32,000 bases of DNA from Pyrodictium abyssi (GCF_036323395.1 NZ_AP028907.1:660001-692000); one strand, 5' to 3'; positions 8,463 through 16,615 are shown, numbered from the stretch's first letter. Notes: generated by a model from the letters alone, not told the origin. Numbers and translations: made by a program.

Positions 8463-8738
8463 ATGAGGGGCATGAGGGGAGGGCTAGAGGGCGTGCCAGA
8501 GGGCAACGGGCTACAGCACTTGATAGACCAGCTGGCCCGGAGGCTGGTTGAGCACGGTATAGCGGCCGGCCGGGAGCACGCTGAGCGGATAATAGCCGTG
8601 CTTGGCGCTGCGCGGCTGCTAGAGGTGGTGGAGGCTCTCGACCAGTCTAGGAGGCTAGTAGAGCTCTACCAGAGGGAGGGTGTCCCGGTGCGGCTACCGA
8701 GGCCCCAGGATGCCGCCGGGGACCGGGATAGGGGCTGA
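8463..8738 (+). CDS. small helical hypothetical protein (possible antitoxin-position gene upstream of the PIN gene)
   Basis: ORF track, 91 aa. It starts 1 nt after the upstream stop and ends 6 nt before the PIN gene. I recognise no AbrB or RHH motif. Confidence 0.45.
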   Translation: MRGMRGGLEGVPEGNGLQHLIDQLARRLVEHGIAAGREHAERIIAVLGAARLLEVVEALDQSRRLVELYQREGVPVRLPRPQDAAGDRDRG

Positions 8739-8744
8739 GGGGCC

Positions 8745-9182
8745 GTGATAGGGTGCACCTACCTCGACACTACTTTCCTGCTGGCACTGGCGTACGAGCG
8801 TAGCCCCTTCTACGAGCGGGCCTCAGAGCTGCTAGAGCAGCTGCGGGGCCGCGGAGACCGGCTTGCCGTATCCCATCTTGTACGCGCGGAGCTCGTGGCT
8901 CTGCTGGCCTCGCGTATCCCAAGCCTCGGCCTCGACGAGGTGTACGCGCTAGCGGAGTACACGCTGTCGCGTGCCGGCGTAGACGTGGCCGATGTGGACT
9001 ACAATGCCGTCGTTAGGGAGGCGCAGCTCTACGCAGGGCTCCTCCGCATGAGGCTTGCGAGTGTACTCCACCTGCTTGCTGCTCTGGCCCTCGGCTGCAC
9101 AGCTATAGCCACCTTCGACGACACCATAGTGTACCGCGCTGATAGTGTGAGGAATACCCTCGGGATAGAGGTTGTACACTAG
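8745..9182 (+). CDS. PIN-domain protein (VapC-like), with the third conserved acidic residue apparently replaced by Ser
   Basis: ORF track, 145 aa, GTG start. The PIN landmarks are YLDTTFLL (Asp 1), VRAELVA (Glu) and IATFDD (Asp 4). Where the usual D-A-L-H-L-A block sits, the sequence reads A-S-V-L-H-L-L-A-A. Confidence 0.7.
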   Translation: MIGCTYLDTTFLLALAYERSPFYERASELLEQLRGRGDRLAVSHLVRAELVALLASRIPSLGLDEVYALAEYTLSRAGVDVADVDYNAVVREAQLYAGLLRMRLASVLHLLAALALGCTAIATFDDTIVYRADSVRNTLGIEVVH

Positions 9183-9282
9183 CCCCCTTATCGATTCCAC
9201 TTTTAAGTCCACGAGGGGGTACTCTCCCCGGGGGCTTATACCCGGCCAGTAGCCTGTACAACACCCCCGGGGTACAAGCATA

Positions 9283-10209
9283 ATGTTCATAACAAGGGGC
9301 CGGACGGTAGGCTTTATACAGCTTGGGCCTAAGACGCTGGGAGAAGCCGTCATAGAGGCTCTCGCGGAGCCTGGCCGTAGGCTGGTCTACTACGCCCCCG
9401 ACGGCTCACAGTTCTACCTTGAAGCCTCCGCCGTTACGGCCGCGTGTGTAGCGGTTACCCCGCAGGAGGTGGTACGCGGTGAGGAGTGCCTAGAGCTCCT
9501 GGCCAGGCGCTCTGGGGACCAGCAGGGCGTCATAGAGGTGGTCGAGCTAAGCGAACAGCAGATAGCTCTCGACGTGAGCAGTAGACCCGACTCCGTGATA
9601 CCGGGAGGGCTTGAGAAGGTACGCAGCGTCTTCGCCAAGCACCGCCAGGAGGAGGCAAGAACGGAGACAGCGCAGAGAACGGCTCCCAGCGGCGAGGCCA
9701 GGGTACCGGAGACTGCCGGGCCAGCAACGGGGGAGGAGACAGAGACCACACCCGTAGCCGAGCCGGCCCCCGGGCCCTCGGGGCCGCCGGCCGGGGCGGC
9801 GGCGGGGGCTGGAACCGAGGCTGTTGAGCTATCCCCTGCGGGGGCTGGCGAGGCCTGGAGGGATATCCTCCGTGTAAGAGGCCTAAGACTATCCGGCACC
9901 TTCAACGTGCTGGCTGTGGCGGCCCTAGCTGTTATGGGCAGGGAGGTTGACGTGAGGACAGGGTCTAAGTCCTGCATAGATGTGCTTGACGACGTGCTTT
10001 CTCTGCGCCGGCGGCTCACGATGAGGTGCCGTGGCGAGGGCGGCGAGGTCTACATCTACGTCGACCCCGGGGCGGGGAGGATAGAGGCCTACTACATGGA
10101 GGCTGGCAGGGCCTTCCTGGGGGCTGAGGCGCTGCGGCGGGCTAGTAGGCTGCGGGCCACCGAGGTGAAGGTCTACATAGACGCGGGCCAGGGGTCCCAG
10201 GGGGGCTAG
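9283..10209 (+). CDS. hypothetical protein with two DUF4388-like modules separated by a Pro/Ala/Gly/Glu-rich disordered linker
   Basis: ORF track, 308 aa, ATG start. N-terminal module: GSQFYLEASAVTAACVAVTPQEVVRGEECLELLARRS...GVIEVVEL. C-terminal module: GGEVYIYVDPGAGRIEAYYMEAGRAFLGAEALRRASRLRATEVKVYI. The low-complexity linker is roughly aa 120-190. Confidence 0.65.
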   Translation: MFITRGRTVGFIQLGPKTLGEAVIEALAEPGRRLVYYAPDGSQFYLEASAVTAACVAVTPQEVVRGEECLELLARRSGDQQGVIEVVELSEQQIALDVSSRPDSVIPGGLEKVRSVFAKHRQEEARTETAQRTAPSGEARVPETAGPATGEETETTPVAEPAPGPSGPPAGAAAGAGTEAVELSPAGAGEAWRDILRVRGLRLSGTFNVLAVAALAVMGREVDVRTGSKSCIDVLDDVLSLRRRLTMRCRGEGGEVYIYVDPGAGRIEAYYMEAGRAFLGAEALRRASRLRATEVKVYIDAGQGSQGG

Positions 10210-10814
10210 GGTAGCTGGAACTCTATCCTCTCGTAGCCTCCGGTGCGGCCGCCGCGCCTACCGTATATCACTAGCGTGTTGTCCCCCACTATCTCCCAGT
10301 CCTCGGTCCCGGTGCCCATGTCTACTGCTAGTATCTTGGAGCCTGGCGGGAACACCCAGTAGGCCTCGTAGCTGTACTCTATCTCCTCGGGCTCGTAGCG
10401 GTTCTCGTAGACGTTGCGGCCGCTCCGGATCGGGGCGCGGAACCTTAGGGCGAAGACTATGTAGACGCGGCTGCGGCTGCCCCGGAACCCTATGTCCACC
10501 ATAGCTACCTTGGGGCGGACGCGCTCCCCGTTGACAACGACCTGCTCCTGGTCTACGAGCTCCTGCATGCCGTAGTAGAGCCGGAGGGTCTCCTCCTCGT
10601 AGAGCCTGGGGTCGCGGAGCACCGCGTCGTAGTAGCCTAGGGGGTCTATGTAGTCGAACGCCAGGTAGTAGGCTATGTAGCCGTAGCCTACGTAGAAGAA
10701 CCCCTGGCCGTGGACCGGCTGTACAGCATCGCTGGCCTCCCTGAGGAACTCGCTGCTAGCGCCCGGGCCTCGGCGTGGGCCCCGCTGGCCGCGCCGTTGA
10801 CGGGGACCTGGCAC
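10206..10814 (-). CDS. hypothetical protein (Arg/Gly-rich N-terminus, aromatic-rich core)
   Basis: ORF track, 202 aa. No family recognised. It is convergent with 9283..10209 and shares a 4-bp CTAG stop overlap with it. Confidence 0.5.
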   Translation of the reverse strand: MPGPRQRRGQRGPRRGPGASSEFLREASDAVQPVHGQGFFYVGYGYIAYYLAFDYIDPLGYYDAVLRDPRLYEEETLRLYYGMQELVDQEQVVVNGERVRPKVAMVDIGFRGSRSRVYIVFALRFRAPIRSGRNVYENRYEPEEIEYSYEAYWVFPPGSKILAVDMGTGTEDWEIVGDNTLVIYGRRGGRTGGYERIEFQLP

Positions 10815-10917
10815 CTCTAAGCCCCTGGTTCCCGCCGTTCCCGGCGCCTATTCTGTCCATTGGCCTCTATGGGCTGCTGTGTTCTGGAACCTGAATCTGG
10901 TTCTTCCTGGATAAGGG

Positions 10918-10925
10918 TTTAAATA
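10918..10925 (+). promoter_or_regulatory. TATA box (TTTAAATA) for the HicB-like gene
   Basis: AAGGGTTTAAATAGC is centred about 43 nt upstream of the ATG at 10964. Confidence 0.4.
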
Positions 10926-10963
10926 GCGGGAGAGGGTTCACGGGGGTTAATGGTGGACACGTA

Positions 10964-11212
10964 ATGGCCGGTAGGACCGTGAAGGTGGGTGTCATAGTCT
11001 ACCGTGAGGTGGACGAGGACGGCAATACCTGGTACGTCGCGGTAGAGCCCATGAGCGGGGCTCAGGCGCAGGGAGAGAGCCTGGAGGAGGCTATAGAGAG
11101 GGTCAAGGAGGAGATAGCGAGGATAAGTGAGGCCTGGTGCGAGGCCGAGGTAAAGGAGGCCGTAGACGCTAGGCTCCTCACAGTAGAGCTGCCAGGCGGG
11201 GACGAGGCCTAG
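10964..11212 (+). CDS. HicB-like (UPF0150) antitoxin-family protein
   Basis: ORF track, 82 aa. VGVIVYREVDEDGNTWYVAVEPMSGAQAQGESLEEAIERVKEEIA matches the HicB N-terminal pattern (strand, strand, G-x-x-xQGxTxEEAxxxxxEAI). No HicA-sized ORF is adjacent. Confidence 0.6.
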   Translation: MAGRTVKVGVIVYREVDEDGNTWYVAVEPMSGAQAQGESLEEAIERVKEEIARISEAWCEAEVKEAVDARLLTVELPGGDEA

Positions 11213-11296
11213 ACCCCTCTCCCCGTCGGGGGCCGAGCCCCGCCTGGCAGCTCTATTTTCCCCGGGGAGGCGCCCCGGGAGCATTATGGCTGGTGT

Positions 11297-12952
11297 ATGG
11301 TGGCGAGCCGAGCCAGGAGCGCCAGTATAAGCGGCGTGCTGCGGCGCATAGACGGCCGCGGCTACAAGGCCTACCGCATGCTCCTCGGCGCGTCTGAGCG
11401 CGTTGGCAGGCTCCGCCTGAGCGTCGTCAGGGTGCAGGGCGACCCCTTCGCGCCGCCCAGCGTTGTCAAGGCTACTGCGCGTCTAGAGCTGCCGGGCTGG
11501 GCTCTCCGGCACCCCGTTGCCGTCGCGGACTACATCTATCGCCGCCTCTACCGTGCACTCCAGAGGCATTCTGCTAGGCTCGGCGAGGGCCGTAGCGGGT
11601 TCCTCGGCGTCCCCCGGCCCGGCCCCGTTATGCTGCGGCGTAGCGGCGTAGAGCTGGACAAGTCTGGGCTTCTCGTTGTCCGTGTCTGGGCTGGCCTTCC
11701 TAGCCGGCGGCGCCGTGTCCTCGGAGACGCTGCCGAGGAGCTTCTCCTCGAGAGGCTGCCGCGGGCCGTGGAGGACGCTATCCGTGTGGACGAGTCCTCG
11801 CTCCGCCGCCACGTGGATGCCTGGCGGCTGCAGGAGGAGGTCCGTAGCCGTCTACCGGGCCTAGGCCTCGTATCCTTCATTGGCGACGGCAGTATACTGC
11901 CCCGGCGCTGCGGGGGCTGCGATGACCCGCTACCGGGCGCTGTGCCCTTCGAGTCTCCTCCTAGCCTCCGCGTAGAGGTCGAGACGAGCCTCGGCATCGT
12001 CACCGGCATGGGCATACGCCGCGGCGTCACCGTGATAGCGGGTACGGCTTTCCACGGCAAGACGACGCTCCTCGAGGCGATACAGTACGGCGTCTACAAC
12101 CACGTCCCAGGCGACGGCAGAGAGCGCGTCGTCACCATACGCGAGGCCGTCAAGGTGCACGCTGAGGACGGCAGGAGCATCGCGTGCGTAGACGTATCGA
12201 CGTTCGTACACAGTCTGCCCGGCGGCCGTGATACACGCTGCTTCACCACAAGGGATGCAAGCGGCGCCACTAGTATGGCTGCTGCGATACAGGAGGCTGT
12301 TGAGGCCGGCGCGAAGCTGATACTCATCGACGAGGACACGTCTGCCACTAACCTCCTCTTCTACGACGAGCGGGCTGCACCGCTGCTGCGTAGGAAGACT
12401 GTCACCACTATAGCCGAGCAGGCAGCATCAATGGCCTCGAAGGGCGTGTCCCTGGTCATAGTCTCAAGCGGCTCTATGCCCCTGATAGCCTCCGCTGACA
12501 CCGTCATAGTGATGGAGGACTACATTCCCCGCGACGCCACGGACGAGGCTAGGCGCCTCGCTAGCCGTACAAGCTATGCCGGGTACAGCTTGCCTGCCGA
12601 CCGTGTACTAGTAGACGTTCCCAGGCTAGCTAAGCCTAGGCTGCGTGGCTCCTGGCTTGTCGCTAAGGGGCTTGAGGAGCCGCTCAACCTCGAGTCGAAC
12701 GAGCAGCTCGTAGAGGAGGGCCAGCTCCGCCTGCTGGTTGCTCTTGCATCCCGTCTCGAGTCCGTGAAGGGCATGCTTATGCGGGATATAGTGCGCCGTA
12801 TAGACCAAGACGCGGGGGAGGGATTCCAGAGGCTCACTGGCGGCGAGCCTGGTCCAGGCTATGCCGAGGTCAGGGGTATCGACGTTGTCTACATGGTTAA
12901 TAGGATTCCAGGTATACGGGTACACCAGGCACAGAAGCATGTCAACGAATAG
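11297..12952 (+). CDS. predicted ATPase of the ABC class (ABC_ATPase family, COG3044-type)
   Basis: ORF track, 551 aa. The family-typical N-terminus is LRRIDGRGYKAYRML...VQGDPFAPPS. Walker A-like: GTAFHGKTTLLEAI. Walker B-like: KLILIDEDTSATNLL. Confidence 0.8.
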   Translation: MVASRARSASISGVLRRIDGRGYKAYRMLLGASERVGRLRLSVVRVQGDPFAPPSVVKATARLELPGWALRHPVAVADYIYRRLYRALQRHSARLGEGRSGFLGVPRPGPVMLRRSGVELDKSGLLVVRVWAGLPSRRRRVLGDAAEELLLERLPRAVEDAIRVDESSLRRHVDAWRLQEEVRSRLPGLGLVSFIGDGSILPRRCGGCDDPLPGAVPFESPPSLRVEVETSLGIVTGMGIRRGVTVIAGTAFHGKTTLLEAIQYGVYNHVPGDGRERVVTIREAVKVHAEDGRSIACVDVSTFVHSLPGGRDTRCFTTRDASGATSMAAAIQEAVEAGAKLILIDEDTSATNLLFYDERAAPLLRRKTVTTIAEQAASMASKGVSLVIVSSGSMPLIASADTVIVMEDYIPRDATDEARRLASRTSYAGYSLPADRVLVDVPRLAKPRLRGSWLVAKGLEEPLNLESNEQLVEEGQLRLLVALASRLESVKGMLMRDIVRRIDQDAGEGFQRLTGGEPGPGYAEVRGIDVVYMVNRIPGIRVHQAQKHVNE

Positions 12953-13193
12953 TTGCTAAGGCAACACTTAAATACTGGTGTTCTCCCGTTGCCGTGCGGT
13001 AAAATGGAGTGGCTGCTGCGGCAGGGGCTCGACCAGTCCCGGGGAGAGGGGGTTAGTTGATCCGGGCTCCCACCCACCCTCCTCCTCTATCATCTGCCAT
13101 GCTATATTCTTAGTGGTCTTGGAGTGGGCCCGTAACCCGTAAATAACGCGGGAAATGACTATACATGGGCAATGCCCAGCGCTATTCATTGTC

Positions 13194-14357
13194 CTACTTC
13201 CGGGGGTCGCCCGGCCTAGCAGCCACTATTCCGTAATGTGGCTTGTGCTCGTAGACGAAGGCTATCCTTAGCCAGTGTTTCTCCCCGCTGCGCTCTACGT
13301 CCACCTCGGCCAGGCCGTAGGCCATGAGCGGGGCTAGCGCCTCCATGGTCTCGCCGAGGCCTGCTTCGGCGCCGTTCAGCCAGGCTGCGCCGCCCTCCGG
13401 CTCTATGACTGCCTCAACCCATACCGTGCCGGGCGGCAGGCACGGAGGCTCCCCAGGGCAGCTGGCCTGGGGTAGACAGTGGCTACGCCTGGCCGCCCGG
13501 GAGGCGATGGCGTCTAGGATCTCTCCTAGCCCGCTCGGGGAGGCCTTGACCCGCTCCATCGCTGTCTTGACCAGGTCGTTCACCGGGTCGGGCTTCCGGT
13601 AGAAGGTTTCTAGCTCGCTTAGCTGTAGCAGCCTGGCACCCGCGTATACGAGGCAGCGGTACCGCGCAAGGGGCGAGCCGGGGCGAGCCCTGCGTAGGAG
13701 CCGCCGGGGGTCGTCCCCTGCCCCGGGGAGCCGGGCATACTCCTCTAGGCCTAGCCCGGCTAGCTCCGCCCTCTCGGCGCTGCCAGCCGCTGTCTCCAGG
13801 AGCGCCTCAGTCACGGAGACGGAGGAGCTGTAGAGTAGTATCGCCTCGCGGCTGTAGGGTGGTAGCCCCTTCGCCACCGCTGCCAGTAGCTGCTGGAGCG
13901 CCTGGGGCGCCCACATGGGGTCGCTGGTGTCCACCTCTAGGGGCTCTGGCGGCTCGTAGCCGAGGCTCTCGAGGAGCCCCTGGGCCGCCTCCCTCACGGC
14001 CTCTATCTGTGCCAGGGGCCGCGTAGGCGAGGAGGCTATACGCACCCCCCAGCCGGCCACGCCGAGGGGGAGCCCGTCGCGCAGCCTCGCAGCCAGCCTC
14101 TCCGGCTGCTGGACGTGGATGCCCACTACGTCGCGGTAGAACCGGGCTAGGCTCCGCGGGGGGTACCTCTGGCCCCGGAGCGGCCTGGGCTGGAACCCGC
14201 CGAGCAGCATCTCCACCACGTGGCCTAGGCCTGCTAGCTCTGCCAGCTCACGGCCCTCGAGTGTAGCTGCTAGCCGCCGCCGAGCCTCCAGGAGGCCCGC
14301 CGCAGCGCGGTAGACCTCCCCGGCGTAGCCCCTCATGAACTCCACTAGTCCCGCCAA
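13194..14357 (-). CDS. hypothetical protein
   Basis: ORF track, 387 aa. TTG start; the alternative ATG at 14336 gives MRGYAGEVY. The composition is coding-like (Leu/Ala/Glu-rich, not Arg/Pro-biased like the spurious frames). No family recognised. Confidence 0.5.
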   Translation of the reverse strand: MAGLVEFMRGYAGEVYRAAAGLLEARRRLAATLEGRELAELAGLGHVVEMLLGGFQPRPLRGQRYPPRSLARFYRDVVGIHVQQPERLAARLRDGLPLGVAGWGVRIASSPTRPLAQIEAVREAAQGLLESLGYEPPEPLEVDTSDPMWAPQALQQLLAAVAKGLPPYSREAILLYSSSVSVTEALLETAAGSAERAELAGLGLEEYARLPGAGDDPRRLLRRARPGSPLARYRCLVYAGARLLQLSELETFYRKPDPVNDLVKTAMERVKASPSGLGEILDAIASRAARRSHCLPQASCPGEPPCLPPGTVWVEAVIEPEGGAAWLNGAEAGLGETMEALAPLMAYGLAEVDVERSGEKHWLRIAFVYEHKPHYGIVAARPGDPRK

Positions 14358-14397
14358 CCAGGTCTGCCCCTAGGGCCCCAGGGCTCGGGCCGGGGTA

Positions 14398-15126
14398 ATG
14401 CTGGTTACCGCTGCACCCTCGGCCACACAGCCCCGGAGGCCGGGGCTCTTGCGCGTAGCCGTCCTCGTGGACAACAGGGCTCTCGAGGGCTTCGAGAGCG
14501 CGTGGGGCCTAAGCCTGCTCGTCGAGACGCGGAGCGCGCGCATTCTCTTCGACGCTGGGCCCGACCCCGAGCTACTGTGCCGTAACGCCGAGAGGCTCGG
14601 AGCAAGCCTCGAAGTCGACACGGCCGTGGTGAGCCACCCGCACCGCGACCACTACGGTGGGCTCCCGTGCCTAGCCCGCTGGGCGCCCGGCACGGTGGTC
14701 TACCTGCCTCCCTCGCCTAGCAGCCTCGTCTCCTGGGTAAGGCGCCTAGGGCTCGCCCCGGTGGTGCAGTCCCGGGGCATGGGCATAGCCCCCGGAGCCG
14801 CGCTATCCCCCGCGCTGGAGGGCGGCGGCCTGATGGAGCACGCGCTAGCCGTCGAGGAGGACGGGCGCGTAGCCGTGCTCCTGGGCTGCAGCCACCCGGG
14901 GCCAGGCAGGCTCGCCGCCGCTGCGCTATCGGCTCTGGGGCGCGGGCGCGCAGACCTGGCTATCGGCGGGCTCCACGAGGCCCCGCCAGGGGAGGTCGAG
15001 AAGCTGCTCAGCCTAGTCGAGCGGGTCGCGCCTATACACTGCAGCGGCAGAGCCGCAGAATACGTGGCCACTAGGAGCCCGGGCCGCTACCTAGAAGCAG
15101 CCTCCGGCATAGTGATAGAGCTGTAG
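14398..15126 (+). CDS. MBL-fold metallo-hydrolase (COG1237-type)
   Basis: ORF track, 242 aa. LRVAVLVDNRALEGFESAWGLSLLVETRSARILFDAGP... is followed by the HxHxDH motif in VVSHPHRDHYGGL. The true start may be the TTG at 14449, just before LRVAVLVDN. Confidence 0.8.
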   Translation: MLVTAAPSATQPRRPGLLRVAVLVDNRALEGFESAWGLSLLVETRSARILFDAGPDPELLCRNAERLGASLEVDTAVVSHPHRDHYGGLPCLARWAPGTVVYLPPSPSSLVSWVRRLGLAPVVQSRGMGIAPGAALSPALEGGGLMEHALAVEEDGRVAVLLGCSHPGPGRLAAAALSALGRGRADLAIGGLHEAPPGEVEKLLSLVERVAPIHCSGRAAEYVATRSPGRYLEAASGIVIEL

Positions 15127-15435
15127 AAGCCAGCTATGCGTGGAGCGCTCAGCCACACTAGGGCTCCCCACAGACCAGGCTGCCGCGCCCAGCGTAGTCG
15201 GCATTGCTACCCGTCATCACGGCCCAGCGGAGGGCCGCGGAGAGGCCCCGCCTCGGGGGCGGCAGGCCCGCGCATCAGCCGCCCAGCGTAGCCGGGCGGC
15301 ATCCGCGCTCTGCCCCGAGCACGGCGCGTTGATCCCGGAGCCTCACGGGCGGGGCCCGGGGGCCCCGGGACTGTACATAGGGCTATGTGGAGGGTCTATA
15401 TCCGCCTGGCCCCGGGGTGCTAGGAGTATACACCC

Positions 15436-15505
15436 GGGGCTGTGACGAGGTGCTTTTCACCCGAACCGCGGAGGGGCGTGTGGAGCGCTTGCCGCTCTGA
15501 GCCCC
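15436..15505 (+). ncRNA. candidate C/D-box sRNA (weak)
   Basis: Terminal stem GGGGC (15436-40) pairs with GCCCC (15501-05). C-box-like GUGACGA at 15442-48. A 12-nt spacer leads to D'-like CCGA at 15461-64. Poor C'-like GUGUGGA at 15478-84. A second 12-nt spacer leads to D box CUGA at 15497-500. Both 12-nt spacers match archaeal C/D architecture, but the boxes are imperfect. Confidence 0.25.
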
Positions 15506-15521
15506 TCCACGCAGCGGCCCC

Positions 15522-15605
15522 GCGGGGGTGATGACCCCGCCCTTGGCGCTAGCCCCTGCCCCGGGGGCCGTGGCGTGGGAGGAGCCGGCTCCTAGCCTGA
15601 CCCGC
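15522..15605 (+). ncRNA. candidate C/D-box sRNA (weak, long)
   Basis: Perfect C box GUGAUGA at 15528-34 and D box CUGA at 15597-600. A 5-bp terminal stem pairs GCGGG (15522-26) with CCCGC (15601-05). The internal C'-like GGGAGGA (15577-83) keeps both GA dinucleotides. No good D' box is present, and 84 nt is long for the class. Confidence 0.2.
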
Positions 15606-15613
15606 CCAGAGCC

Positions 15614-16480
15614 CTAGGGCTCTATGGCCTGCGCCGCCTCCTCGTCGAGCTGGCGGGCTACGCTGCGGCGTATCCACGGCGGCTCCGCTGGTACCAGGCT
15701 GTCGACCTTCTCCGCTAGGGAGGGGTCTAGCCTTATAGCGCCCGCTACGAGCAGCCGGGCGAACGCCTTAGTAGCCATGTAGGCTATGTAGAGGCGGCTG
15801 GCGCCCCTGTTCACGGCCTGGGCTAGCTCGCGTAGGATGCGGTAGACCATTCTCACCTGGTCGCGGCTGCGGAGGTGAAGGTAGACCGAGGACCGGCTCC
15901 TGCCGGATATGCTGTAGAGCCGCTCCATTATCCTGGCTGGCACGGCTATGTAGACGCGGCTGCCCGAGCTAAGTGCGGCTGGCAGCGCGTTCCAGGCCGC
16001 GCGGTGGATTAGGGCTAGTAGGCTGCCCTGCAGCGCCTCGCTGTGCACCGGCGACCCGAGCTGCATCACCTGCAGCCCGGCGCCGCGGCGGTAGGTGTAG
16101 AGGACCGTCACCTCGCCCGCCCCGACGGCTCCGCCTGCCTTCCGGAGCCACTCGGCTACTAGGCCGGCCTCCTCGGGGCGGAGCGGCTTCCTGCTGTGGA
16201 AGAGGGCCATCTCGCGGACGAGGAAGAGTATCGGGAGGGCTATGATGCCGACAACCACCCCGGTTATGAGGGCGACGCTCGGGGGAGCGCCCTTCGCGGC
16301 CACAATGCCCATGACTGCTAGCGCTACGGCCACTGCGCCTATGTCCGGCCTGGGTGGCAGCATCTCCCTAGAAGCTGGCTGTTTTCCAGGCTCCACGTAC
16401 CCGAGGCACCTCCCGCGGAGGCAGCTACCCGCCACGGCGCCCGCGGGCCCAGGTGGCGTGTGTCGGGGAGGGCTGGGCAC
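15614..16480 (-). CDS. hypothetical membrane protein (2 TM plus cytoplasmic domain)
   Basis: ORF track, 288 aa, GTG start. The internal ATG at 16363 (MLPPRPDIGAVAVALAVMGIVAA...) may be the real start. The two hydrophobic helices are AVAVALAVMGIVAA and LITGVVVGIIALPILFLV. Confidence 0.5.
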   Translation of the reverse strand: MPSPPRHTPPGPAGAVAGSCLRGRCLGYVEPGKQPASREMLPPRPDIGAVAVALAVMGIVAAKGAPPSVALITGVVVGIIALPILFLVREMALFHSRKPLRPEEAGLVAEWLRKAGGAVGAGEVTVLYTYRRGAGLQVMQLGSPVHSEALQGSLLALIHRAAWNALPAALSSGSRVYIAVPARIMERLYSISGRSRSSVYLHLRSRDQVRMVYRILRELAQAVNRGASRLYIAYMATKAFARLLVAGAIRLDPSLAEKVDSLVPAEPPWIRRSVARQLDEEAAQAIEP

Positions 16481-16615
16481 CCCCGGGGCGCCAGAGCTAA
16501 GGGGGTACTGCTGGACACCAATAAGTGTTTACATTAAAAACAGGATTAGTTATCCCCCGTAGCTCGCGTAGCCTACCCGTAGCCCGGCGGAGAAGGAGCC
16601 GCTGGGCGGGGCTGT

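Noticed and set aside
12953-13193. 241-bp convergent intergenic region, including the hairpin GTTGC-TAAG-GCAAC right after the ABC-ATPase stop, and ORF 12968..13189 (-)
   Set aside because: The hairpin is short and no T-run follows it. The 73-aa ORF has no motif or start context. There is not enough evidence for a terminator or a gene call.
15140-15445. 101-aa plus-strand ORF in the GC-rich gap
   Set aside because: The translation is dominated by A/R/P/G (for example GRGEAPPRGRQARASAAQRSRAASA). It has no start context or motif and is more likely non-coding.
15127-15613. Possible SRP (7S) RNA or RNase P RNA in the GC-rich gap
   Set aside because: I looked on both strands for the GGAA/GNAR-capped helix-8 motif (CCGGAAGG-like) and the RNase P CR-I GGAAAGTCC-type string. 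Neither is present.
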